A DNA stretch of 64,000 bases. It comes from Octopus bimaculoides (Eukaryota). Below the pieces are notes generated by a model, which did not search any database, was not told where the DNA came from, and saw only the letters and a list, made by a program, of their open reading frames with translations. The position numbers were made by a program, and so were the translations under genes. The stretch covers positions 51,765,337-51,829,336 of the forward strand of contig NC_068992.1 in the NCBI RefSeq assembly GCF_001194135.2, in the 5' to 3' direction. This document shows, piece by piece, positions 39,062 through 51,493 of the stretch; within the stretch, counting starts at the first letter, position 1; each line of letters begins with the position of its first letter.

Positions 39062-39502
39062 GGCTATACTGACTGCCCCTCCAGCAACAACAACTCCAAA
39101 CCGAGAGTCAACAGAAGATACACCAGAGACGTGAACACAGCCAGCACTCAATTTTGGAGATACTTTGGATTGACCGGAATTGCTTTTAAGCAGTGCTTGT
39201 GCAACAACAAGTTTTCCTTTAGGTCTCCAGAAAGACATTACATCACATCTCAGGCCAGCCACCTGTGGTGACCTAAGGATGAAGGAACTCCATATGAAAT
39301 TGAATGGAGGATTATAAGGTAGTCAGGGTTCTATATAAACAGGAATGGACAATGTAAGCTTTGCACAGCAGAGAGGGAAAGGATCCTTGAAGACTCGCTG
39401 GATTCAGAATGTCTCTTAAGCTCCAGACACAAAATCTTTAGCCCCTGCCCACATTTCAAACTCTACCTGCTGCAGACATGCAATTCTCCGTTCATCAATT
39501 AG
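39062..39502 (+). pseudogene. Penelope-like retroelement GIY-YIG endonuclease C-terminus, degenerate
   Basis: A single frame reads YFGLTGIAFKQCLCNNKFSFRSPERHYITSQASHLW*PKDEGTPYEIEWRIIR*SGFYINRNGQCKLCTAERERIL...LLSSRHKIFSPCPHFKLYLL. This matches the PLE pattern YIG.T...FK.R..NH..SF...T.LS.HIW.LK......I.W.I......C.LC..E...I....LN.R.E..S.C.H..K.LL. Confidence 0.8.
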
Positions 39503-39851
39503 GGTTGTAAAAAGTATTTGCAGATCAGAACCAGCCTGAGGGTAGAGGTTCCCTGTTTGCTCTTTAGGGCCATAAGATTTGCCAACTGGACCAGTCTAAG
39601 GGAGATAATTCAGACAATATATATTATTCTTTTGTTTACAAATTAACTGACTATGACTGTTTTCTCCCTCCAGTTTGAATAGTGGTTATATGCCCATGGC
39701 CATTAGAGTCTGACAAGTTATCTCTAAAGCTAAGCTCTTTATGGATGCAAAACAATTGGTCACTATGACCAGACATATATTTAGCTTCATATAAATATAT
39801 ATATACACATATAATGTATGTATGTATGCAAAGAAACTCAATACATGCATG

Positions 39852-39974
<123 letters not shown>

Positions 39975-41299
39975 ACGATACGTACGTACTCGAGTTTCAG
40001 GGTTATTTCCCTTCTTCATATATATATATATTAAACTTACATATATATCACATAACTGTATAGCCATTGACTCTCACTAGTTCACCAGCCCTTGTCTTTC
40101 GTCTCACAGTATACTCAAAAACCACTCTACTCATTATGCAGCCTGGAAATACTTGTTATTCATATTCATATGCATGTATTTATGTTTGTGAATATGTGTT
40201 TACATACCAGTCGAAATTGGTACATCAAGTTGCTTCCCTTTATGTTAAAAATGCCTCTGCTCCATTGGATAATTATAAACCAATAAAAGAAGTACTATAC
40301 TGGATACTCCTCGGCGTTAAAATGATCAGCAGAAAACTTTGAAAGGCTGATCATTGAAATCAATAGAAGAATAAAAGAATAAAAGAATTCTTTATATAGT
40401 TTGTGTATTTCTGATAAGTGGTTTTGTATTTTATGATGTTCTACTTCATCTGTCTTTATTAAAGACATTGTTTAATCAGTTATACGTTATTATACGCTAG
40501 ATAATGGTGCTTTATGGTGAGAACCAATTGGTAATTTATCACACAAATACATTGAAAATAAAAAGAAAGAAAGAAAAGAATCGCGAGAAGAAAATCAACT
40601 ACAAAAGTAACTTTTCACTAAGAGATGTTAGCTAAATCTGAATTGATCTCTTCAAAATATTACTTCACTTAAACAAAGCTAAAGAAAGAACTTGTATTAT
40701 ATAAAAATAAAGATGAAATAATAGAAGACCTCAAGTAGGAAGCTATGTAAGTGCTCAGAGATAAAGTCTTATATTAATACTGACAATCAAAATAACAAAT
40801 AATTGCAGTTATAAATGAACTTTTTTCTTTTTTATAAAAATGTTTATGCTAAAGTATTTGAGAGTAACTTTGCTGAGTATAGAAGATTATAGAAGACTAT
40901 AGCAAACTAAAATAAATTATGACAGGATATAACAAACAGACTAATGACTGCAAACAATTTAAATGAATCATTTCAGAGATTATTATAGCTCAGAAATTTC
41001 TAAGATGAAATAGCTTATGGGAATACAATTGCCCAGGTATTTATGAATATGTGTACAAAAATAAAAGCAGTGAAGCCAGTCTCATACAATTCTTGATCAA
41101 AATATAAGCTCATTAACAAAAATATTTTTCTTTCTTAATTTCTGACGTAAACGTTTTCCTATCTAACAAGAAAATAATGAAGGTATAGCCATACATAGAC
41201 ATTTTTAAAATCATATAGATTTGAAAATTTTGAAACAGCTACAGATGAAAAACATGACATCTCAATGCTTTTTGTATGTGACTAAAAGAAACCTTATCA

Positions 41300-41885
41300 T
41301 AAATAAAACGTATGCATTAAATTCAACATGGGAACAAACTGCTTTTGCTTTTGGAAGTGCTGAATGTGTATTGTATCATACAGAAAAGAATGTAATATTT
41401 CAAAGACAGTATAGCTGTGAAAACAACAGAAAGATTGGGTATTTTACCCTTGTATGATGGAAAAAAAAAAAAAAAAAAAAAACTGTCAGCAGACAGCTAC
41501 AAGACTCAAACCTGCACCTCCCAGATACTGGCTGAGTATTCTATCAATTAAGCTATGCTGCCTACTGACAACAATTTCCACCAAATTAACTCTTTAGACA
41601 TAGCTTCTTTTGAAATGCAGCAAGCTATGTAAATAAACTTTTTTTTTGGGGGGGGGAAGCATTAAATTTGTATATCACAGACAAAAATATAATATTTTGA
41701 ACGCCATATAGCCAGAAAAACATCAGAAAGATTGGTTATTTTACCCTTGTATGACAGCCATGGGAGTCGAATCTATAGACTTCCATCATAAAACGGTAAA
41801 ATACCTAATCTTTCTGATGTTTTCCTGGCTATACTGCGTTCAAAATATTGCTTTCTTGTCTGTATGATAATAAACATTAAATGTT
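41300..41885. repeat. Array of three homologous ~100-170-bp bodies (two direct, one inverted) around a tRNA-like module
   Basis: GAAAGATTGG(G/T)TATTTTACCCTTGTATGA occurs at ~41430 and ~41727. An inverted copy GGTAAAATACCTAATCTTTCTGATG lies at ~41795. Confidence 0.8.
41492..41562 (-). tRNA. tRNA-Thr(AGT)-like cloverleaf, probably a pseudogene or repeat-borne module
   Basis: GGCAGCA TA GCTT AATTGATA GAAT A CTCAG CCAGTAT CTGGG AGGT GCAGG TTTGAGT CTTGT AGCTGTC. Acceptor 6/7, anticodon stem 5/5, T stem 5/5 with G-U pairs. D stem and T loop are decayed and position 33 is C. A poly-T run follows. Confidence 0.5.
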
Positions 41886-42309
41886 TTAATATATAATAAT
41901 TTACAAATAGCTGTATATATCAATGCAAATATGGTAATAAAAGTATTTTATTTAAAAAGACATCTGCAACCCTAAAGTGTAGTTTTGTTTAACTTACCTC
42001 GGATTTCTGAAGAATGTATACCTATGAACTTATAAACATTTATTTAGTTAAATCAGACAAAAGATGTGCACAAGAGCCACTCAGATGGGCTTGGCATTGA
42101 CCATGTTCAGATGGTACTTTTGAAGTGCTGGAACATCCACCGATTCTACTGCCTCACATGTAGAGGACAGTGATCGCCTGACGACATTCTAAGTGCCAGG
42201 TGCCCAGTCTTGGTCTATCCTTAACCCAGAACTGCAGTTCTGTCAAGGAGATGAGCTGTAGAAAGGTATCTCACAAACGAAACCCACACACATTCACCTT
42301 CTAAAAATT

Positions 42310-42530
42310 GTTGCAAGTAGCTTGCAGAATCATTAGCACACCAGACAAAATACTTAGTGGCATTTTGTCTGTTTTTACGTTCTGAATTCAAATTCTGCCA
42401 AGGTTGACTATGCCTTTTATCCTTTCAGGGTTGATAAAATAAGTACTAGTTCATCACAGTAGGGGGTGGTGTCAATGTAATTGACTGACTTCCTCCCAAA
42501 ATTGCTGGCCTTGCATCAAAATCTGAAACC
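42310..42530 (+). mobile_element. SINE family B2
   Basis: GCAGAATCATTAGCAC...GAATTCAAATTCTGCC...CCTTTCAGGGTTGATAAAATAAGTAC. Confidence 0.75.
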
Positions 42531-42636
42531 AATTGTAAGTTAGTAGATTTGCAGAATAAATAGAGCTTTTCCTACTTTTTATGTAGATAAAATATAATAC
42601 TGTCAAGTAATGGCAAAGATTTCATTGATTTCACAC

Positions 42637-42674
<38 letters not shown>

Positions 42675-42697
42675 GCACACACACACTATTTCTATTC

Positions 42698-42975
42698 TGT
42701 CTGGTTGGTGAGTGATCCATACTTGAGCTAGATCAAGAGATTTATGTTAAATGGTTTCGCAAAGAGAATATCAGATAATATAACCTCAAAATACGGTTCA
42801 CTACTTAAGTTGTTATGTCTCAAGCTACTGCTATCTAACACCTTCAGATGATCTCTACTCAACCGCTACACAACGGCTACTCAACAGTCATTCAACCCCT
42901 CTACCATGGCTAGACTACCTCTATTTATATGTCTTGGCCGATCCTACTTCTTTGCTTGGGGGCGTCGACACAACA
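42698..42975 (-). mobile_element. Candidate solo LTR (~278 bp)
   Basis: Minus starts TGTTGTGTCGACG and ends ACCAGACA, with TATAAATA about 45 nt inside. CpG-containing. No clear TSD. Confidence 0.45.
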
Positions 42976-42984
42976 TAAGTGAAG

Positions 42985-43295
42985 GTACATGGCTCAGTGG
43001 TTAGAGTGTCAGGCACACAATTATGAAGTCGTGGGTTCAATTGCCGGACCAGCAAGATTCTTTATTTCATGTTGTTCCAGTTCACTCAGCTGTAGAAATG
43101 AGTTGTGATGCCAATGGTGCAAAGCTGTTTTGGTCTTTTCCTTTCTCTTGGAAGACATCAGTGGCATGGAGAGGAGAGAGTGGTATGCATAGGCAACTGC
43201 TGGTCTTCCATAAGCAACCTTGCCCAGACTTGTGCATCAGAGGGGAACTTTCTAGGTGCAATCCTATGGTCATTCATGACTGTAAGGGCTCTTTA
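42985..43295 (+). mobile_element. SINE family D
   Basis: Collinear with 33666-33990. Confidence 0.8.
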
Positions 43296-45007
43296 CCTTT
43301 TTTCTACTTAATAAACTATCTGAGGCTTTACGGGATAAACAATTTTTTTTAAGAAAACAGAAAACCACAGACATTCACAATAAAGGAAATACCATTGGTT
43401 AATAAAGTTGTCTGAGAATGATTGACAGCTATTCTGAAGTTTTATACAAATACAAAGGAAAGTGATTAGGTAGTGTGTACATACATACATACATACACAC
43501 ATACATATATGTATATGTGTAAGCGTGTATATATACATACATATATACTATATACATGCATGAATACATACATTTATGTATACATAGGTACATACATATA
43601 TATATATATATATATATACATACATTTGTGAATACATGCATGCATACATATATGTATACATACATATATACTTACACATATATACTCAGATATATTATAT
43701 TCATACATATATACACCCACATCCAAGCACACACATTATACATATAGAGAGATTCCAAGTTTTATAAGTAAACAAATTTTATAAAAGAAAATATTTAGTT
43801 AAAAAAATAAAGAACTTTATATCAAGACTCACATACAGATAAATAATAGATAGTTTTAGAAAAAGAAATGTTTCCATATTAGGAAAAATAAAAAATAAAA
43901 CAAAAAGACACAGACAAGTACAGACTGGAATATTTTAACATTTTTAAATATGAATATTTGTTTGTAGAAAAAAATTAAAACACGTTTTTTTTTTAATTTT
44001 CTAAACTTCTTTTCATTTAATGTCACATATTTCTGTTCCTGACATGTTAATTTTAAGTTAAAGAATGTAAAATGACAAAGCAGATAATAACGTGAAGATA
44101 TTTCATAAAAACAGGCGAAGTATATGTAACGTAATTGTAATGTTTAGTATTTGAAACTTTTTTTTTTTATATAAAATATCTGTTGCTCTGCAGGTTTTTT
44201 GTTTTTGTATGTGAAAGAAGTATGGCTCTTTTAAGACCATTTATATATAAAATGACAAAATAAAGATAACAGAAAATAATTTTTTTCAGTTCCATCTTGT
44301 GCAAACAAACGTAATTTTTTTTTTTTAATGAAATAGATTTAAATTACAGTGTTAAAATATTCTTACATATAATCTTGAAAACAGTCCAAGAAAAAAAGAG
44401 AAAAATATATCTCTGAGAACTTTTCTATCAGTTAAGATCTTGTAATTCCTTGATAATACAGTAAGCTGTCAAAATGCACTATTTATGGTTAAGCATACTA
44501 ACAAAAATGGTTTTTTATCTAAAACTGGAAAAAAAAAGAAAGAAAAGCAGAATAAATAAGAGGAAAAGGTAAATTACTTCTTACAAAGAAAGAGATTATT
44601 ATCAGACATAGAATCTTTATCTTTGTACAAGTGAATGTTAATCAATGCTAATAGAAAACTTATAACAACTAAACAATATACTTTCACTTTCACTTTCTTC
44701 TGGTTTTATATTTCTGGATATTTATATTCCAATATTTTACACAAGTGTAAATAAAGACACTGAGATACTCAAAGTTGGCTCAATAGCATTATAGCTCTTA
44801 ATTAACTTAAAATAACATTATGGGAACAGCATGACATAACCAATAGCAGAATATTTCATTAGAGTTCTTAATTATCAATCTTATTGAAACACTGAATGTG
44901 GAGGTATTACTTATTCTAATCTACATATACCTAATATCATTACTGTGGTGGCCTTTCATAATAATTGACTTATTTCACCACAGGATAGTCTCCATTTTGA
45001 AATGAAA

Positions 45008-45104
45008 TACTATACTATACTATACTATACTATACTATACTATAATAATAATAATACTAGTGAGGATGATGATGATGATGATGACGATGATGATGCTGAT
45101 GATG

Positions 45105-45193
<89 letters not shown>

Positions 45194-45225
45194 AAGAAGA
45201 AGATGAAGAAGAAGAAGAAGAATTA
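45008..45225. repeat. Compound microsatellite (TACTA)n-(GAT)n-(AAT)n-(AAG)n
   Basis: Read directly from the sequence. Confidence 0.95.
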
Positions 45226-45633
45226 CAACAATGGTAATTCTTCTTTCTTTCTTTTTCCACTCATTAGTTTTGAAATGATTTTGCCTGATTAAGAAAATTA
45301 ATTCCAGTCTTTTCAGTTTTCAAAAACAAAATGTTCATTTGATGTCTTTCATAAGTCTGCAAGAAAAACAGGTAAAGTTATAATCAGTTGTGAGTTTATT
45401 CAGATATAAGTTTTGAAGAATTCTTAATACTAGGTGTTGTTGTTGTTGTTGTTGTTGTTGTTGCTGTGGCTGTTGTTATTGTTGTCAAGTATTACATTGT
45501 CTGAGAAGTGAAGAATAGTGACACCCATGGAATTTTACAGCCGTTCTTTGACACGTAGAAACCATACAATTGAAGATAGCTTTGAATTCATGCAAATCAG
45601 TGCCATGAAAACACCATTCTCATCCTCTTCCTC

Positions 45634-45693
<60 letters not shown>

Positions 45694-45876
45694 ACAACAA
45701 CAGTAGCAGCAACTTTTGATGTCCACTTTGTGCATATGTGGCTCAAACAGAATTGGTTGTAGCAGATTTCTGTCACCAGCTCAGAAACGTTTTTGAACAA
45801 GCTAATATTTCCCCAGAGGTAAGAAAGAAATTTCACAAAAACTGAAAACAAACAACCTTGCTTGGTACATGATGAC

Positions 45877-45907
<31 letters not shown>

Positions 45908-46850
45908 GCAAAAAAATAGATAAAATATGCACCAGACTTTAAAAAGTGCTGGTGTCAAATTGTTCAAGTAGCAAATCTGCATGGCAGTAGTGCTCCAGTA
46001 TGACCACAATCTAAAGACCAAGACAAGTGAAAGAAATATTCATATATTCATATAAATACATATATAAATGAAAGGCTTATTTCAGTTTCTGACTACAATA
46101 TACATTCAAAAGAGTTTGTTCAACCTAGAGCTACAGTGAAAGACACTTGTCCTAGGTGCCATGCTGTAGAACTGAACCAGAAGCTGCATGGTTGCGAAGC
46201 AAGCTTCTTAACCTCACAATATACCTTCACAATGCGAATATGTGTTGGAATGAAATTCTAGAAAGTTTCAATTCTAAGGAAAAATGGTTGAAGAGTTAAA
46301 GTAAATTAATATAACAAATCGAGTAAGGTATCTGTCTTTTGGTTTATGGATCATATTTAAATGTCTTAACATTTGAAATTTAACAATGCATTATCAAATT
46401 CTTCTTAAAACTATGTCGTTCACTTAGTTGTCTACGTAGTCTCAAGGAATGGCTGATGCTGCAGATTAACATGAAGAGGCCTTAAAAGGATTTACAACTC
46501 TAAATTAAGATTCTAAAAAGCAATGGTGCTGATACCACATAAAAAACACTGGCAGTCATTTCAACTTCGGATAGGATGGTATTCTATATTTGTTCCAAAT
46601 CTTTATGCTTTGAGTTCAAATCCTGCCTAGGTCAACTTCACCTTACATTTTTTTCATGTATGATGAAAATATATAATTCAAAGTGATGGACTTCTAACAC
46701 TTTTTGCAGGTTGTTCAAGATGCTTTGTATCTGTTTCAGACCTTTGTGTTCTGACAGCAAAACCTGCAATACTATTGCCTAATTTCATAAGCCTAAATAA
46801 GATACCTTTACCTTGGATAAACATCAGAGATGCATAAAAGAGAGACTTAC

Positions 46851-46907
46851 ATACGTGGGCAACTGCTTGTTATCCTCAAAAATTAAAAGCCAAAATAGCG
46901 CCCAGAT
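46851..46907 (-). CDS. Candidate 57-nt coding exon (IWALFWLLIFEDNKQLPTY), protein not recognised
   Basis: TTTTCTTTGTATTTGTACATATATGTGTAG acceptor and GTAAGT donor. Only phase 0 is open. No homology support. Confidence 0.3.
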
Positions 46908-48047
46908 CTACACATATATGTACAAATACAAAGAAAACATTGATTGATAGAGACCTTAGATAAGATAGTCGTGTTCCTGTGTCATTTTAGCACATTTTTG
47001 TTTGTTTTCTTTTAAGGTTAGAACAGGTGTAAAATATAATTTCATCAAAGAAGAACAATGTATGTTTTGTCTAATGTGAGACCTGTTTAAGCTGTATAGG
47101 TTTCCATATTTTTCAGGTTTAATATCTTGGTAGATAATCTTCTGCTAAGTAAATATGCTCAGTTTATCTATAATACATGACTGTGTGCTATGTTGTTTTT
47201 TATGACTTCGATGAGAAAACGAATTTTGCAAATTTTATATTTAGTGTCATAAATAGAACTGGAATTAATGCGAATCATTGCGGGACATTAAGGAACTCTT
47301 GTTTCATTTTACCATTTTTTAAAGAAGAAACAAATGTGAAGGTCTTTGTAAATTAAATTTATATGCCATGTCCATAAGTGATTTATTGTAACATGTTTCA
47401 CTTACAATCACGATGGGTTTAAAAAAAAAAAAAAATGAAATTTCTCTACTCGAGTTGAAATAAAAACACATTAATCTCCCTTTAGAAGGGATTATAAAAC
47501 TATAAATTTTCTATGCGATGCTATTACATCACTTTCATGAGCGAATGCAGGTTTTCAAATCATAACTCAATCAATGGAACCCATATAATATATGGTCTGC
47601 TATAAATAAGATGTTTTCACAGGAACATGTTGAGCGAATTGAAAAAATAAAGAGAAAAAAAAATCCCAACAATACTGAGGAATGTTATTCACACAGGCTT
47701 GACGAAATTATATGGAACGGACTATAGCCATCATAACTCTATTTTCCTCGCTGTGCTTACAGATACACCAGTGGGTGTTGTTCTATTCTTCGTGAAGAAT
47801 GACATATTGTAAATTGCTGTGGAATTTACAATGCTTATTCAAACCGTTTTTCGAATATGTATTTATAACACAAAATATGATTTCTAGCCATTGGGGTGCA
47901 CAGAAGCAAGATAAAGGGGAATATGTCGAGTAGTGATGAATCATCTAAATCATGCTAACATGGAATAGGAAATCTACCACCACCACAACAACCACCACCG
48001 CCACTACTATTACTTCTATTATTATTATTATCATCATTATCATTATT

Positions 48048-48270
48048 AAGGTGGTAAGATGGCAGAATTGTTAGCATGCTGGATGAAATGCTTAGTAGTG
48101 CTTTATCTGTTGCTAGGTTCTAAGTTCAAATTCCACCAAGGTCGATTTTGCCTTTCACCCTTCCGGGGTTGATAAATTAAGTACCAGCTTAGTACTGCAG
48201 GGGCGATGTAATCAACCAGTCCCCAGCCCCCGAATTTCAGGCTTTGTGTCTTTAGTAGAAAGGATTATTA
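48048..48270 (+). mobile_element. SINE family B2, full length, in (ATT)n
   Basis: AAGGTGGTAAGATGGCAGAATTGTTAGC...GTCGATTTTGCCTTTCACCCTTCCGGGGTTGATAAATTAAGTACC...AGTAGAAAGGATTATT. Confidence 0.8.
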
Positions 48271-48884
48271 TTATTATTATCATTATTACTTTTAAACCAG
48301 TGAGCTGTCAGAATCTTTAGCACAATCCCCTCCCCTCAAATTTCAGGCTTTATGCCTATAGTAGAAGAGATGATTATTATTATTTCATTATAAATTTATT
48401 TCAGCTGCCTTTGTATCAGGTATCCTCCAGAGGCCAAGAGGAGCCTATTTGGATCTCGTTGGTTTTTCTGATTGTCAGTTTCTAAATCAGGAGAAACAAT
48501 GTTAGGTCTGTCAGTATTTGGGCATTTTTCATCATTCTTATAGTAACTTGTAGGCCAAACAACTTTTTAAATTTCTTACTAAGCTTGCTTGAAATCTTCA
48601 TGCTTCATGGCTTTTCTTGTCATCGTTTTATCATGATCCAAATGGAAATAACAGATATTGTTATTCATTTCTACCCTAGGCACAAGGCTCAAAATTTTTG
48701 GGGAGGGGGGCAATCAATTAGATCAACTCCAGTATGCAACTGGTACTTAATTTATCGACCCTGAATTTGAACTCAGAACATATATACCGCTAAGGCTTAT
48801 TATATATTCAGCCAACTTTCAAATGGAAATAACAGATACTGTTATTACAAAGAAATACCTTATTAAAATACTTCTTTATTAACG

Positions 48885-49255
48885 ATTTAACAGTAGCATT
48901 GCCTTGTCTTAGTGTTAAGAAATATTTTATACTCTATGACACTCCTCTGATATTAGCATGTTAACAAAAATAATATCATTAGTATGAAAAATACTTTATA
49001 TTTTATGACACTGATCTTAGCAATTTAACAGAGGAGATACATATTGTTGCTGTATGGGAATTCTTCATATACTTTATGTCATTATTGTGTTAGTAACAAT
49101 TTCACTGAAGTAATAGATAATAATGTAAGTGAAAAAATACTTTCTATTTTGTGACTGCTTTGATATTAACAATTTAACAGAATTAATAGATATTGTTAGT
49201 AGGAAGAAATTCTTTATATTTTGTGACACTCTTTTGTTATTAACAATTTAAGGCA
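48885..49255. repeat. Degenerate ~70-bp minisatellite, about 5 copies
   Basis: Recurrent AAAT(A/T)CTTTATATTTT(A/G)TGACACT...ATT(A/G)(A/G)CAATTTAACAG. Confidence 0.7.
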
Positions 49256-49629
49256 AGTAATGGTTATTGTGAATGTGTAGAAACACATACATCATTTTCC
49301 TTTGTTGTCAAGAAATACTGTTAAATAATTTTTGAGAATATAACAACCATAGAAGATGAATGGCTGCTGCAGTTGTTAAATCTTTATTAAGCAGTTATAC
49401 GATCAAAGCTTTTCCAGTTATCTCCCTTTTGCCTTTCTTCCTAATTTTTTTTGGTTATTAATGATTTAATCAGCACCTATGACACTTTACAAGGCATCCC
49501 AGAGTCATCAGAGAGAAAGAGAGAGTAGAAGTTATTCTCAGTTTTGGAGACTTTATTTGAATACTTTCAAAAGAAGGAACTTGGATAATAGTTTTCGCAT
49601 ATGGACTCTGTTGGTCTCTTAATCAGGTG

Positions 49630-49861
49630 TATTGGGTTGTCCGGAAAGTTCGTGCCGATTTTTAAAGGAAAGAAAATGGTCAATAAATATTTGCCATTAC
49701 ATTTTTAATCAACCAAATATGAAGCATTTTGTTGCACAATGCATCTCCATCTTTCCTTTAACTTGAAAATACCCTCTTCCCAGAATTGAGGTGGTTTCAT
49801 GGCAAATAAATCGAAAGGTAGGCTACTATAAATCGGCACAAACTTTCTGGACAACCCAATA
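49630..49861 (-). mobile_element. Mariner deletion derivative (MITE) with 32-bp TIRs and TA ends
   Basis: TATTGGGTTGTCCGGAAAGTTCGTGCCGATTT versus the reverse complement of AAATCGGCACAAACTTTCTGGACAACCCAATA (2 mismatches). The interior on minus reads MKPPQFWEEGIFKLKERWRCIVQQNASYLVD*, a mariner C-terminus. Confidence 0.92.
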
Positions 49862-50427
49862 GATTAACTCAACAATTCAAGAATGCATGTAGCATTGGTG
49901 TGTGTGTGTGTGTGTGTGTATGCAGGTGACATGTATATGGTACACATGCTAGTGACACGTAAAAGGCACCAAGTACACTCTGTGTAGTGGTTGGCCTCAG
50001 GAAGGGTATCCAGCCATAGAAACCAAGCCTGGTGCAGGTCTCCAGTTTGCCCTTTTCAGTCAAACTGTTTAACCCACGCCAAGATGGAGAATGGATGCTT
50101 AATGATGATGATGACGACAGTGGTGGTAGTGATGATGATGATAATGTTGATGATCATGACAATCATGTTTGACAATGTGTATGTATGTATACACTCACAC
50201 ACACACACACACACACACACATACAAATATATATATGTTTGTGCATATGCATATAAGTATGGTATCTTTTGACATATAAATTGACGTAGAGTAAACATAC
50301 ACGCCTCATCACTATTTTTCCAAGCCATGCTGTATTTCACATGTCATTTATTTTTTCAAAAAATTCAACTCGCATGCTGGAAAATATATTATACATGCAT
50401 GAACATTCACAGACAGATATATATGTA

Positions 50428-51493
50428 TCTATATATATAAAAATGAGAATGTGTGTCTGTCTGTCTGTCTGTCTGTGTGAATCCCTAAAACTCGAGAACT
50501 ACGCAACCAATTTCATTCAAATTTTACAGATGCCTTACTTAGGGTTCCAGTTGTGTTTTAGTCAAAACAAATTTTAACTTCTTGCAGAGTTCGAGCCCAC
50601 AGCAACATAATATCTCCTCCACTATTTAAGTATTACGTGTCAAAAGTGAAACAAAAACACTCATGTCAAATACTTTCACTTTAAAAATGAAACTATTCTA
50701 CTAANNNNNNNNNNNNNNNNNNNNNNNNNNNNNNNNNNNNNNNNNNNNNNNNNNNNNNNNNNNNNNNNNNNNNNNNNNNNNNNNNNNNNNNNNNNNNNNN
50801 NNNNNNNNNNNNNNNNNNNNNNNNNNNNNNNNNNNNNNNNNNNNNNNNNNNNNNNNNNNNNNNNNNNNNNNNNNNNNNNNNNNNNNNNNNNNNNNNNNNN
50901 NNNNNNNNNNNNNNNNNNNNNNNNNNNNNNNNNNNNNNNNNNNNNNNNNNNNNNNNNNNNNNNNNNNNNNNNNNNNNNNNNNNNNNNNNNNNNNNNNNNN
51001 NNNNNNNNNNNNNNNNNNNNNNNNNNNNNNNNNNNNNNNNNNNNNNNNNNNNNNNNNNNNNNNNNNNNNNNNNNNNNNNNNNNNNNNNNNNNNNNNNNNN
51101 NNNNNNNGTAAGACTACCCTTTCAGATATACTTTCATTGTGATTTCTGCAATGTGGTGCATAAATTGTCAAGTAAATGAGATGCATCTTTGCCTCCACTG
51201 ATTCACTTGCAAAGTGTTGAGTAAAATTATTTCATTGCAGACATCCTTTGGGTCTTTTTATTATCACTACGACACACATAGTCCCCAGTTGGTAACATTG
51301 ATTTCAAGGCCCTCCTAGATGAGAGACTGGCATTCCACTTAATGTCTATGTTCCATGCTGGCATGGATTGGAGAGTTATTAATGTAGAAATATGGTATCG
51401 TAGCTACTAACAGTTGAGGGTTGTGCAGTCTAGACAGCGTTTTTAGATTTCATTATTCTCTTTAACCCGGGCAAAGCCGGGTATTTCTGCTAG
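50428..51493 (+). mobile_element. Non-autonomous Helitron (interior partly in an N gap)
   Basis: A|TCTATATATATAAAAATGAG...(CTGT)n 5' end. 3' hairpin ACCCGGGCAAAGCCGGGT (51465-51482) then CTAG|T. A/T target site with no TSD. Confidence 0.85.

Noticed and set aside
39002-39262. 86-aa minus-strand ORF as a host gene
   Set aside because: It is antisense to the Penelope GIY-YIG remnant, which explains the region better.
39260-39275. In-frame TGA in the PLE remnant as selenocysteine (as in Naiad PLEs)
   Set aside because: It is not at a Cys-equivalent position, a TAG follows in the same frame, and the copy is generally decayed.
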